NCBI RefSeq assembly: GCF_024521635.1
Contig: NW_026250412.1
Coordinates: 496,001 to 560,000 of the forward strand
Source: Tricharina praecox
Lineage: Eukaryota
Direction: 5' to 3'
Length of the DNA stretch: 64,000 bases
Position numbers and translations under genes: made by a program. Shown here piece after piece: positions 52,918 through 64,000 of the stretch (position 1 is its first letter; every line of letters starts with the position of its first letter). The notes under the pieces are model-generated. The model worked only from the letters and a program-made list of their open reading frames with translations, was not told the DNA's origin and ran no database searches.

Positions 52918-53940
52918 ATGTCGAGAATGCCCGCCCTACTACTCCCCAACACAGCGTCGCCTTTTGCGCCTCGGTCTTCGCCGACCATAGTTCTGAACAC
53001 CAAGGTCGATCCGTGGTTAACGGCTACGCTCAAGCGCATCAACCGGATCAAAAGATCACTGAACAGCGTTCCCCAGCACATGAAATGTCTCACCGAGACG
53101 CTTTCCCAGCAATCCGCAATCTGGAATCTCTGCACGTTGATGGTGCCCAAAGCCCCGGCATCGCAACTTGACAGGCACGACAACCCGTTGGTTGAGGCTT
53201 TCGCCCGGTTCGAGCTGCTGCACGTTCAGGCCTATGTGGTGCATATCGACTTGGTGCTGTCCCACGAGGTGGCATTCAAGCTGACGAAAGACACCATTGA
53301 CGATCTCTGCGAATACCACAAGGACATATACCTGGTCGATCAGACGGACACGACATGGCCGTGGACCGAGAAGGAAGCGCAGGTGAAGAAGCTGCACGAC
53401 GAGTTCCATCAGGCGGTCAACAAATATGTGTACCGGACGGATGCGATCGCCTTGGAAGGGCTGGAGGACGACGGAGCGGGAGAGTTGCTCTGTGGACGCA
53501 GCGAGGATGTGAAGGCGCAGGTTCTAGCGCTGTTCTACCCGCTCATGCCGCCACCGCCACGAGTTGTCGACGTTGTGCGGCCAGTTGCGCAGATGCTGCC
53601 AAGCAACCCCGGAAACTGGTGGAACCCTTCGCCGGTGCCTTCGAATGCGCCCCCTCCGCCTCCCGTTGAGTCCTGGAAGATTCTGCCGTCAAGTCCCATC
53701 GAGGACAACTCGCCTGTTTCCAGCTCTGGAGGATTCCCGACAATCTGGGGCCCGACCACTGGCTATGACATGCCCGTTACCTGCTCTCCGGGACCGCAGT
53801 ACACTCAAGCGCCTACAACCCTCTCCATGTCGATCCCGCAACTGCCGCTACCCAGTATGGTGGCTCAGCAGTGCAGCGTGGGAAGCGGATTTGGAGGGTT
53901 TGGCTGGGACCGCTACCAGGACTACGGTGCGACGATGTGA
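52918..53940 (+). CDS. Hypothetical protein (340 aa, single exon) with a globular-looking N-terminal region and a Pro/Ser-rich tail; function unknown
   Basis: Long ORF with clear codon bias (FAPRSSPTIVLNTKVDPWLTATLKRINRIKR...AYVVHIDLVLSHEVAFKLT). TATA-like TATAAG at 52551, pyrimidine-rich leader and U-rich 3' region. The ATG at 52927 (AGA ATG C) has a better context than the one at 52918. Confidence 0.88.
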   Translation: MSRMPALLLPNTASPFAPRSSPTIVLNTKVDPWLTATLKRINRIKRSLNSVPQHMKCLTETLSQQSAIWNLCTLMVPKAPASQLDRHDNPLVEAFARFELLHVQAYVVHIDLVLSHEVAFKLTKDTIDDLCEYHKDIYLVDQTDTTWPWTEKEAQVKKLHDEFHQAVNKYVYRTDAIALEGLEDDGAGELLCGRSEDVKAQVLALFYPLMPPPPRVVDVVRPVAQMLPSNPGNWWNPSPVPSNAPPPPPVESWKILPSSPIEDNSPVSSSGGFPTIWGPTTGYDMPVTCSPGPQYTQAPTTLSMSIPQLPLPSMVAQQCSVGSGFGGFGWDRYQDYGATM

Positions 53941-55570
53941 CTAGCTGGCGGTTCCCAGGAGCGAGGACGAGACGAGTGCGATCAGTATGGGCAGGGGAAT
54001 TTTGGCGGCCAAGACGACGGGCGATAAGCACGGAGCAACAAAGGGACGAAATTGACGATTTCCATGCGATGATTTCTCGACTATTAAATCACTACCATAC
54101 GCGGCGCGGATCACCTCAACAACGAAACTAATGGCCATGTATTGTTCTCGGCTGGTTTCTTCTCGGCTTCATATCTCTTTCCCTTTTCTTTATTCCCTTG
54201 TTTCCTTGTACGGTTAACGATTGTGAGAGGGGTTTCCACGGCGTTTCTTATGTCTTTAGCGTTCAAGTCTTCAAGCGTTGTTTTTTTTAGCGGTTGATTT
54301 TTGGCGATCGGTTTTTACTGCCTCTTTTGCGTTCTCATGGTTTGTTTTTCATTTCTCTCTACTCTTCGCAGGACGATTTTTTGGGATTTTATAAGACGGT
54401 CGCAGCAATGCACGGAAAAAACATCGGGGACAAGCACAATAACCGGAGAATTTGGGTTTTTGAGTTTTCTTCTTGCCTTTTACTTTAGTATTTCTTCTTT
54501 CTACCCCTTTTTCATCCTTTTTTTCATCTTTTTTCCTTTTCACTTCTTCTTCTTCTTCTCTTCATCTTTTTTTCCTTTCTCCTCTGTGTTTTACCTGTAT
54601 CTTTTTTTCTCTTTCTTCTTCCTTTCTTCTTCTCTGTGAATTTTTGATGGTATTTATCTTTTCTCCTTTTCTGGACCTTTTCCTTTGTTTTCAGGGCAGG
54701 GCGGTTGAAGGACGGGGTTTGATTTTGATTTTTGTGGTATAGCCTAGGGTGGATTTGGGGGAGGTGGGGGAGGAGCCAGCTAGCTGGAACAGTCCATAAC
54801 GTTCATTTTGTTTTGCTTTTTCTTCTTCATTTTTTTCTTCTTCTGGAAACCGGGCTCTAATTGTGTGTCTTTGTCTTTGGTTTTGCATTTACTTGTACCC
54901 CACTATCTTTTACGTCTGTTTATTTCTGGATTCTTGGATTTTATCGTTTTTTCTTTGCTTTTGGCTTGTATAAAACCACGCACTGCACTTCGATTGAATC
55001 GTATGTAACGAGCTACGACAAGGGGGCTTGGGTTTCGGGACGGTTGGATGGGATTTGGATTTGGATGGGACGGTTCTGGGAGGATGGGGTTTGGGAGGTT
55101 TGGGGTTGTTACGGGATAATTTACTTTTGGGGAAACTTGGGGAAACCACACTCGGGCTGGGGAGTTGCTTGCTTGGAGGCACAGCTCGGTCATTTGAAGG
55201 ATTTTCTTTTCTTGGGTTAGTTTTTTGGGGGCTTGGGAGGTGGATGGCTGGACATGGGTGGAGGGGAGTGAATGGATGGGAAGCGCGGACCGGTCTCTAC
55301 ATAGCATTGGATCGTGGATGAAATACAAAGCCACTTCTGTCACTGTCACTGAGTTCTTGGGTACTTCTTCTCCGCCGTTCGTTCGTGACTTTACTGTAGT
55401 CTGGTGGATTTCCCCGCGCCGCCGTTACAGGTTTGCGAGGATCGAGATATCAATTAGAACGTAGAACGTAACTAGAGTACTGGCTGGCATGTCAGGCCGT
55501 TGATTTGATCTTCATGTTGGGCCAACAGCTGCACTGCAGTACGGTAAATGCAACCAACGTACTGCTACTG

Positions 55571-55641
<71 letters not shown>
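55571..55641 (+). repeat. (CTA)n trinucleotide microsatellite, about 23 copies
   Basis: Read directly. Confidence 0.95.
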
Positions 55642-55642
<1 letters not shown>

Positions 55643-58600
55643 TAACGACTATACTCAACTGACAGGCAGACAGATAGATACTAACAGATAGATAGACACC
55701 GTAGATATCTAGCCCTGAACGCACGCACGCCGTTTTCCTGCATACTTACCTATGATTCTCGTTCTGCGCTGCAGCAGCTTGATCACATCCACCTACCCAC
55801 CCACCTACCCACTCACCCACTCACCCACACATCATTTTTTCCTTTCCATTCCCTTAGGTGTGGTGGTGGTGGTGTGGTGTGGAGTGGGGTAGGAACGGCC
55901 AGGTCTCGAATCTCGATTTTTACGAGAAGGCAGAAAACGGACTAGTTTTGATAGTTTTGATAGCGAAGTAGGCGGGCCAGTTGCAGGCACCGTAGTAGGC
56001 ACAGCAGCAGCAGCAGCAGCAGTTGACTCGTCGTATCCGGATTCCCTGCCAGTGCGACTCTGCGAGTGGCCTGGGATGGATGGGAAGGGAGGGGAAGGGA
56101 GGGGAAGGGAATGGAGTGCGGTGAACGGCCTGTGGGGGGACAAGAGGTTGATTCGGATCTGATATTGGAGGAGGATGGGGGAGGACGTTGATGATTGATT
56201 GATGGGCGGTACTGCTGCTTAAGGTGGTGGTGGCACGTGCTAACTGGCACCGGGCGGACCGGGGGTGCGCCGGTGCGCCGGTGCGGTGCGGTGTGGTGCT
56301 GTGTGGTGCTGTGAAACATCACTGTCCGTCACTCATTCCAATTGGTCGAGTCCCATGCCTCCTAGTTACCATGCTCTCCCATGTGAATGGGGCGTGCGGG
56401 GGGGAGGAGGGGAGGGGAGGGGAGGGGTAAAATGTCAGTACCACGATCTCCTCCTCCTCCGGCGACGACAATGAGGAAGCGCGGATCAGCTCCGCTCTGC
56501 GGACGGCGGGTCGGGGCGGGGCGAGGCGAAAAATTGATGGCTTTGGCGGCATTTGCTTTCCTTTCCCCTCACGGAAGGGTGGAGCTACTAGATACTAGCT
56601 AAGATGTAACTGCTGCCATGACCAAAGAGATAGATAGTGTACTCTCTGCGCTTCTGGTATGGATGTGGGTATGGGTGTGAGTGGTGGATGGTGGCAGCGA
56701 TTCCTGCCTCCCTCCCTCCCGCAAATCTATCTGTCTGTCCGTCTGTCTGTCCGTCTATCTGTATGGCCAGGACAGACCCTCCCTCCCTCCCTCCCTCCTC
56801 CACACGCTTGCATGAAACTCTGCACTGCAGCATGTCATGTCATGTCAGTCATTGCTGCCATTGCAGCCATCTCAACTGCAACTCTCGAACCCGGTTCCTG
56901 CGTGTGCGTTGCGTGCGTTGCGTGCTGGGTGGATAATGGAACTGCAACAGCATATCAGCATCTTCTTGCTGCGAGCTGCGAGCTCGAGCTATCAGCCAGT
57001 CAATCAATCAATCATCAATCAAGTCGGTTTTCTGTCTGTCTGTTTCGGAAGAAAGGAAAAAGAAAGGAGAGGAAAAATATAATGATAATAATGATAATGA
57101 TGCCGAGAACGAATTGCGAAATGCGAAAATATGATAAAATAATACTAATAATAATAGAAAACCCCATAGGAGAACTAATTTTGTAAAGAAAGAAATGAAT
57201 TGATCCGGCCTCCCCCCTCCCCCTCCCCTCCCCCATCCCGAACCCACACACACTCACACAGACACACACACACAAACCGCTTGGATGGGTTTACCTCACC
57301 CTTCGGTTATTTTTCGCATTACCTTCCTGCTCGAGTTCCCGAGGTCCTGTATGTAGTACCGTAGTACGATGTGGATGGTGGATGGTGGATGGTGGATGGT
57401 GGATGGTGGATTATGGATGTGGATGTGGATGGGGGAAGAAAGAGAAGAGAGGGAGTTGGGAGGGGTGCTGCAGGAAATCTGATGTGGCCAATGAGGGCCG
57501 AGCTTTGAAGAAACGCAACGCTATTCGATCTCGCAACTGCGCTGTGGGGCCGGGATATGTAGAGTTAGATACTACACCCAAGTATACTTGGTTTTCGATT
57601 ACCCCCTCCCATCAATCTCGCTTTCCCCTTTGAGTGAGATACCACCACCACTGCCACTGGGGGAAACTACCCAAGTTAACCGGGCGGAGATTTGGAGGAG
57701 AACTCGGATTCGGATTCTTGCACGCGGAATTTCTTGCTTTTACAGAGGAGATGGGGTTTGGTTTGGGATTTGGGGTTTGGGATTTGGGGACGATACTGCT
57801 GGCCTGCCTGCCAGCCACCTCCACTACTTCCACCTCCACCTCCACCTCCACCTCCACCACCGGCCCGGACGGAGGCGCCATCAGCCATCAGCCAGCCAGC
57901 CAGACGAATGATATCCACGGTACGCTCCGGTTCTAAGATAGCTTCCCATGGTCCTGGCCAGCCTCCGGGTCCGAGCTTGTGCAGCACAAACTCGAGTCTC
58001 GAGCGGCGGTGGGCCGGTGGCTGCTGTTGTGAGGACTCGGAATGCACCGACGGAGCTCAAGGGAAGATATGCGCTCTACTGCACATGTACATGTAGCTGA
58101 GTATGTATGATACTTGCAAGTTGCAACAGAGACTTCAGCAGACGAATGCCAACTGCAGACCGAGAGATACCTGGGTACATACATGGCCATGGCCATGACC
58201 ATCATGTCCGTCCCCTCCCCCCGCCCAACATGTAACTACATATCGCACATCGGATACGGTGTATGGCGGAGGTTTCAGCCAGCCAGACAGCCCAGACAGC
58301 CCAGACAGCCCAGACAGCCCAGACAGCCCAGCCCAAACAGCCTTACTTGAGTGCCCCGGCGCCCGATCCCCCTCCTATCCGGAATCCTGATCCTGCTCGT
58401 CGGGGGAGGGGGGAAGGGGGAGGGGAGGAGGAGGACGAACGGCGTTGGGAGTGCTGTCGACTCGCTGCAATGCAGTCGCCAGAAGTTGGAGTCTCTTGCG
58501 TGCGTGCGGACTGTGCTGCACGTACGTACAGACGTCGGCGATCCCATCCATCCAAGTTCCAACTGCTTCTCGTGATCATGGGGCTCGCACGCACGTTGGA

Positions 58601-59419
58601 ACTTGGACCGGCCGGCTACTGAGGACGGGCATCTGCCCGTCGTCCATCGTCTCCGCACCTCCTCGGACCTCGTCTCCTCCCCTCCCCTCCCCCACCCAGC
58701 TATTCCGGGGGGTGATGGATGGATGGATGCAGGCAAGCAGGCAGGACGAGACTACCTTTCTCCTCGGCCGTGAGCACGCAATCCTGTCAGGACTCAGGAC
58801 TCAAGACCGCCGGGCGAAACCCACCGCATGACTGGTGAGCACAACTTCCCCCCTCCCCCTCCCCCGTCCCCCCTCCCCACTGCCCAGAACAGCGCCTATG
58901 TACATTGTATCGTCGTACTGACTGTGTTGCTAGAGTTATTCTTGGATGAAACCACGGTTCGTAGAATCGTGGCAGGGAGACTGAGTCCCAGGCTCCCAGC
59001 GTCGCCGACCACTTCGTGAGAACTTGGAAGGCCTGCACTGACGGGCGAAAAGTAGGACACATCGCACATCACAAAGTTAACGAGATCAATACCGTGCTTG
59101 AGGACTGCGTTTCCACGCGTTCGCTGATCATTCTCGTTGTCTTCGACGAGCAGAGTTCTCAGGTGTCTGTGGCTACACTTTGGCTACACTTTGAAGTTTG
59201 GCTACATCTTCCACAAACATCGAGAGAGAAAACACCGTCCCATCCAAATTTCATTCCGTTACTCGCCGTAGTACGTACCGTACCTACTGTACACTCTCGA
59301 GTCTCTCCAGAGTCTCCAGAGCCCCGCTCCAGAGACGCCACAGAAACGAACGAACGAACGTACCCAACGCCACGGACCTGACCGGCCACCTCCCCCCCAT
59401 CACAGCGGCCTCTCAACCT

Positions 59420-59981
59420 TCAATTCCACCCAATAATTCCTTCCCCCAGCACGACGCCCTTCCTAACAACGGAGACGGACCTACCAATGATCCCGTCGCC
59501 GCCCACGCCCAGATCCAGACGTCTATCCAGCGGCAGCCCATCCGCCTTCTCCATCGCCACCTCCAGCGAAAACAATATCTCGCCGGCGGTCTGCACGCCG
59601 CCCGTGAGGTCGCCCAGGTTACTATCCCCTCGTTAGCTAGCTATCCAGCCGGCGGGCGGGCGGGCGGGCGGGCGGGCAGGGGTGAGGACTGACTGTATCC
59701 GGATCTCGCATTCGGGGACCGCGAACGTGTATGATACCTCCGTGGGCAGCGGGGGAGGCAGCGGGTTGTGGAAATGTAACTGGAAGCTGCTGAAGCCGTC
59801 GTCGATGTCGGCGTCGAGGGAGGTGGACTGGAGGTTTGCGACTACTCAGAGCAGGGCGAGCCTGCGGGTTAGTGTGTGTGTGCCCGACCCTCATCATGAG
59901 GGCCTCATGCGAAGGGGAAACTCCTGGGCCGTACGTACCTGCGCCGCCGAGAGAGGTCCGGTGGGAGAAGCCGTTGCACAT
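59420..59981 (-). CDS. Small 130-aa protein with a Cu/Zn-SOD / CCS domain-II-like signature, lacking metal ligands (3 exons)
   Basis: Exons 59981-59939, 59841-59694 and 59621-59420 (43+148+202 = 393 nt). Introns GTACGT..CTAAC..TAG and GTCAGT..GCTAAC..TAG. Protein: MCNGFSHRTSLGGAVANLQSTSLDADIDDGFSSFQLHFHNPLPPPLPTEVSYTFAVPECEIRIHNLGDLTGGVQTAGEILFSLEVAMEKADGLPLDRRLDLGVGGDGIIGRSVSVVRKGVVLGEGIIGWN*. Confidence 0.85.
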
Positions 59982-60242
59982 CTTTTCGGAGGGAGGGAGG
60001 GACCGAGGGACCGAGGGAGGTGAGGTGAGGTGCGATTAAGATGCTCCTGTGTTTGCGTTGCGAGTTGCCACCGTTCGTTCGGTTCGGAGCCGATGTCCTC
60101 GGTGTCGTCGATGTCGTCGTCGTCGAGAGTCGAGAGTCGAGAGTCGAGAATCGAGGCAGGAGTCGAGCGGAGCACTGAGCACTGATCACTGAGCACTGAG
60201 TATTGAGCATCAAGCTCCCCCTCCGTCCGGTGGTAGGTAGCC

Positions 60243-60249
60243 ATTTATA
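60243..60249 (-). promoter_or_regulatory. TATA box (TATAAAT) upstream of the SOD-like small gene
   Basis: Consensus TATAAAT on the minus strand about 265 bp upstream of the ATG at 59981. Confidence 0.5.
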
Positions 60250-63200
60250 CACACCCAGCTACCCACAGCTCGCCGCCACCACCACCACCAACGCGCTCAT
60301 TCATTCATTCATTCATTCGCAATGGCCGTGAGCACGTTTCCTGGTGGCGTCGGCACCTTCTAGGTATAGCTGTGTCACCGCTCGCATTGCGTTGCGTTGT
60401 GGTGAGCGAGTTCATTTCGTGCGTGCGTGCGCTGGTTTTTTCCCGCTTCCCGCTTCGGTGGCTCGGGGCCGGGCCGCTCGGTCGGTCGCAACGGCCGTGC
60501 GCTGGTTTTCGATCCGGCCGCACGGGCGCACGGGATGATTGCGACTCGGGAGCAACGGCGCATGGAACCCTAACCCCAACCCCGTGTGCGGATGGCCGAC
60601 GTGGACACTAGACGAGCCTGAAGCGAAGCGAAGCGGAGGAAGATCGTTGAATTGAAACGAAATACTCTCTCATCGTTGGGGTTGGGTTGGGCTGGGCTGG
60701 GTGTTTATAATGCAGGCTACGTACGCCGGTACGGTATACATCGAAGGCGCAGGATTTTCTTTCCTCTCCTTGCCTTTCGTGGGCTCTTCTGGAGGATTAT
60801 TGGGCATGGTCATGGTAGGTATGGTAGGGAACGTAGAAAAACACCGAGTGATCTGTTTGGACGATCATGGGCGGTTGTTGCCCGTTGGGCATCGTTAGTT
60901 ACTCCACCGCCTCCGCCGTCTCCACTGCTGGCCAACCATCGCTGAGGGCTCGGATACACCTGCCCCCGCTGGAGACGCGATGCGAGGATTGAGGGAAGAG
61001 TTTTTTTGGAGGTGGAGGATTAGTTTTACGTTCTTCACGAATCACCTGTGCTACGAGGTATGAAGGTAGGTACCGTGTGCGTGTGGGAGCGGGAGCCTGG
61101 TGGGCTGGCAAGGCTGGGCTGGCAAGGCTGGCAAGGCTACTACATACCTAGTACATACACGGCCGAACGACCCATGATGTACAAGGCTGTACGTCTCCCA
61201 GGAGCATCCATGAGAAGGGCAAGCTTCGCGTACAGCGCAGCAAGGGCCCAACTTCCAAGGGATGTATGCAGTGAGAAAAAAGCGGGCCATCGAGGTGCGG
61301 GGTGGGGGGGGGGGGGGGACTGGGACTTTGAACTGGGGAGACCAGACCAGACCGGCGTCTGGAGTCTGGACGATACGGTACTAGGTATGAGGGGGAGGGA
61401 GAAGTTTGCAGAAAAGCGGAAAAGCAACAAGTGCAGACCTGGTGCCGCAGGGCGCACCAGCGGGAGGTGGGCCGCGCAGCAGCAGCAGCAGCAGTGAAGT
61501 CTGTGTCAGGAGGAGGGCCTGCGTAAGTCTAAGTCTAAGCCGGTGGTTCTGGGTACCTACTATCTACTATGCGGCCGTCAGTCAGTGATACATAGGCGCC
61601 CGCACCGAAAGGTGGTGCAGGCAAACAAAGCCAAACACAGGAAGACGAGATAGGATGAACCCGGACCTGAAGCGTCAGGGCAAATGCCGGAGCAAGGAAT
61701 GAAAAGAGAAGAAGGTGTTGTGATCACCGCTCCCGTCCGTCTGTCTGTCCAGACAAGCAGTGTGCACCCACTGATATACCTTGCAGGTGGTTATCGATAT
61801 CCCCACCACCACCACAGGCACCATGGCCATTATCGTAGCCCCCCCCCTGAATGACAGAAACAGCGTTTCAGCGCCGCGCCAGACGTCTTGGAGGGCCGTC
61901 TTGGAGGGCCGTCTGTTCCGTTGGGTACATATGGAGCGGGGAAGGTGGGCAGACAGACAGGCAGGAAGGCAGGCTAGCAGGTGATGGTGGTGGTACGGTG
62001 AGAGGGGGAGGGCACCCACACACACACACAGGAGGAACAAGGACCTGATCGATCATCGGCCCCCAAAGGAAATCAAGACTCGTCCATACAAAGGAAAAGC
62101 AAGACTCCCCCCCCCCACCCCACACACACACACAGTGCTACACACCACCTGCCGACCATGGAGCCCAACTAGCGAGGATTCCCCCAGTCATGGCTCCGGC
62201 AAATGATACCTCGTCGTCGTCCAGTGCTCTTCACGTGTATGGAAGGGGGGCATGGTACTCCGCTCCAAGTTCCAACAGGAACCGTCCGGCGGGGCCAGGG
62301 CCAGGATGGTGCGCGGACGCTCCTACTGGCTCGCCGCCTACGCGTATCTCCTCAGCCCTCAGTCGACGGGGCCTGGCGGTCACCGCCTGGCCAGTCCTCC
62401 TCCTCAACCTCCTCCTCCTCCTCGCCGTGCAGCATGTGACGGGCAAGGTCTTCCGCAACTGGATGGACGGGGAACTGTAATCTAGATTAGCCCAGGTCAG
62501 GCAGCGCAGAAACTCCGGATTTCCCTGGACCCCGCCACCAGCGCGCGTCGTCTTCGTCGCCGGCCGCCGCCGCCGTCGTATGTTTTTCTTCTTCTTCTTC
62601 TTCCGTCTTTCCTTTTCCCCTCCTCTTAGGGGGCGGGGGGCGAACAGCAAGCGTTTCAGCTTTGGCAGGTTTTCTAGTTTTTTGTCCGCAAAAAGCGTAT
62701 TTTAATATGAGTGAGTAGTCCGGACTCCGGAGGGGAGGGGGGGAGGGCAAGCCTGCCTGCGGCCTGCCTGCTCATCGCAACATGTAGGTCAACTTGTCAA
62801 GCGCAGGCACTGTGCAGTGTGAGCGGGTGGGATGGATGGATGACGGATGATGGATGGATGGATGGGATGAGTGGATGGATGGATGGGATGGATGAGTGGA
62901 TGGACGGGATGGATGGATGAGTGGTTTGATGGATGGATGGCGGTGGCCGCGTCACAGACTCACATCACAGCTGCTTCACGAATCTTATACCAAGACCACT
63001 GGTTCCCTGCAAATGGGGAATTTAGGGGCAATGGGGAATGGCGTGATTGGGTCCTTTTTACGGTCAAAGAGGGCGGTCTAGCTTCGAAGGCGCGGAGGCG
63101 GTGATCGATTCGTAGGGCCCCGATGTAATCATCATCCATCGGGGGAGGGGAGGGGAGGGGGCTGGCAGTGGCTGTGGCTGTGACTGTGGTGTCCTGGACG

Positions 63201-64000
63201 CCCCCGAAAGCTTTTTATATATATCCTGTGCGGCGGCGCTCATCATCTTCTATATAAGCTGCAATAGAAAAGTGAGGCTGTGACGGGTATGCAGAGATAG
63301 GTACGTATGTACGTTCGTACGTGCATGATGGAGAGTAGAGTAGAGTACTATAGAGTGCAGTACAGCCAAACGGATGAGTTCTGGGGTTTTAGCTGCAGAT
63401 GTATGTCTGTATGTAATGCACGGTGCATGCCCTATAGAGCATGTAGAGTAGCAGACGGTACCTTTCGGCACCAGCGAACCAGTAACGATGAAGCACTAGC
63501 TGCACTGACGGTAAGGCCAATCCTCTAGCGCCCAATGGTCGGGAGAGAGTAATATGTAGTCAGCAACACACGGTGCCTACGCCTCCCGACAAAGCCATTG
63601 TGCTCCTCCAAGTCCGTCCGTCATTACGCAACGCAACGGGTTATTTTCCGGACGCTGCACGTGCGCCGCCGAATCATAGTTGTGCTTTGCTTTATCTACT
63701 GCATGAAACGTCCAGGACCCTAACCCCCTCTCCCATCTCCCCTCTCCCCTCTCCCCCGTCGTCATCAAAACATCAAAACCCACCAAAACTGAAAGAAAGA
63801 AAAAAGCCATCATCGAAATGAAGGTGCGTCTGTACTCGAGTCTCGAAAGGCCACGGGAAGAAGGAATATCCGGCCGTGGGCGTGGGGGTGATTGCGAACA
63901 TTTCAATTTTCCGCTTGTGAAAAATAACCGGGGGCGAGTGATTGATACGTATTCAATCCAATCCAATCCAGTCCCACGACATGACATGGCCAATTTCCCC

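Noticed and set aside
57578-57591. Perfect 14-bp palindrome CCAAGTATACTTGG
   Set aside because: A few palindromes of this length are expected by chance in 64 kb, and there is no supporting context.
59198-59692. 164-aa plus-strand ORF
   Set aside because: Antisense to exon 3 of the SOD-like gene.
62190-62480. 96-aa ORF with one hydrophobic stretch
   Set aside because: The Leu run comes from a CCT microsatellite and there is no other coding evidence.
36320-64000. Telomerase RNA, tRNA or CRISPR-like array in the long intergenic regions
   Set aside because: No full TAACCCTAA template, tRNA cloverleaf with A/B boxes, or repeat-spacer structure was found by eye. The repeats are simple tandem units.

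Overview
Eukaryotic, intron-rich DNA from a filamentous ascomycete (Pezizomycotina; the microsatellite-rich style suggests Pezizomycetes, but that is inference). Bases 1-25.4 kb are gene-dense: the 5' part of SEC1, pyruvate kinase, PRP6, DIP2/UTP12, EMC6, TAF1, a multi-TM hypothetical protein, RPS3 and a myotubularin (YMR1-like). Bases 25.4-64 kb hold only three confident genes, set in very long intergenic DNA full of simple repeats: a Zn2Cys6 transcription factor, a 340-aa hypothetical protein, and a 130-aa three-exon Cu/Zn-SOD/CCS-domain-II-like gene that the ORF track misses. The best leads are (1) an AUG-less, protein-like upstream frame (...DFRPPFSRQIYFKKPAIIAQDY...) in the long leader of the Zn2Cys6 gene, (2) the hidden SOD-fold gene lacking metal ligands, (3) a TGA-CTAG readthrough context on the 340-aa gene, and (4) a Tbf1-palindrome plus Cbf1 module in the RPS3 promoter. 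No rRNA, tRNA, CRISPR array or intact transposon was recognised. All gene models were assembled by hand and no database search was run.
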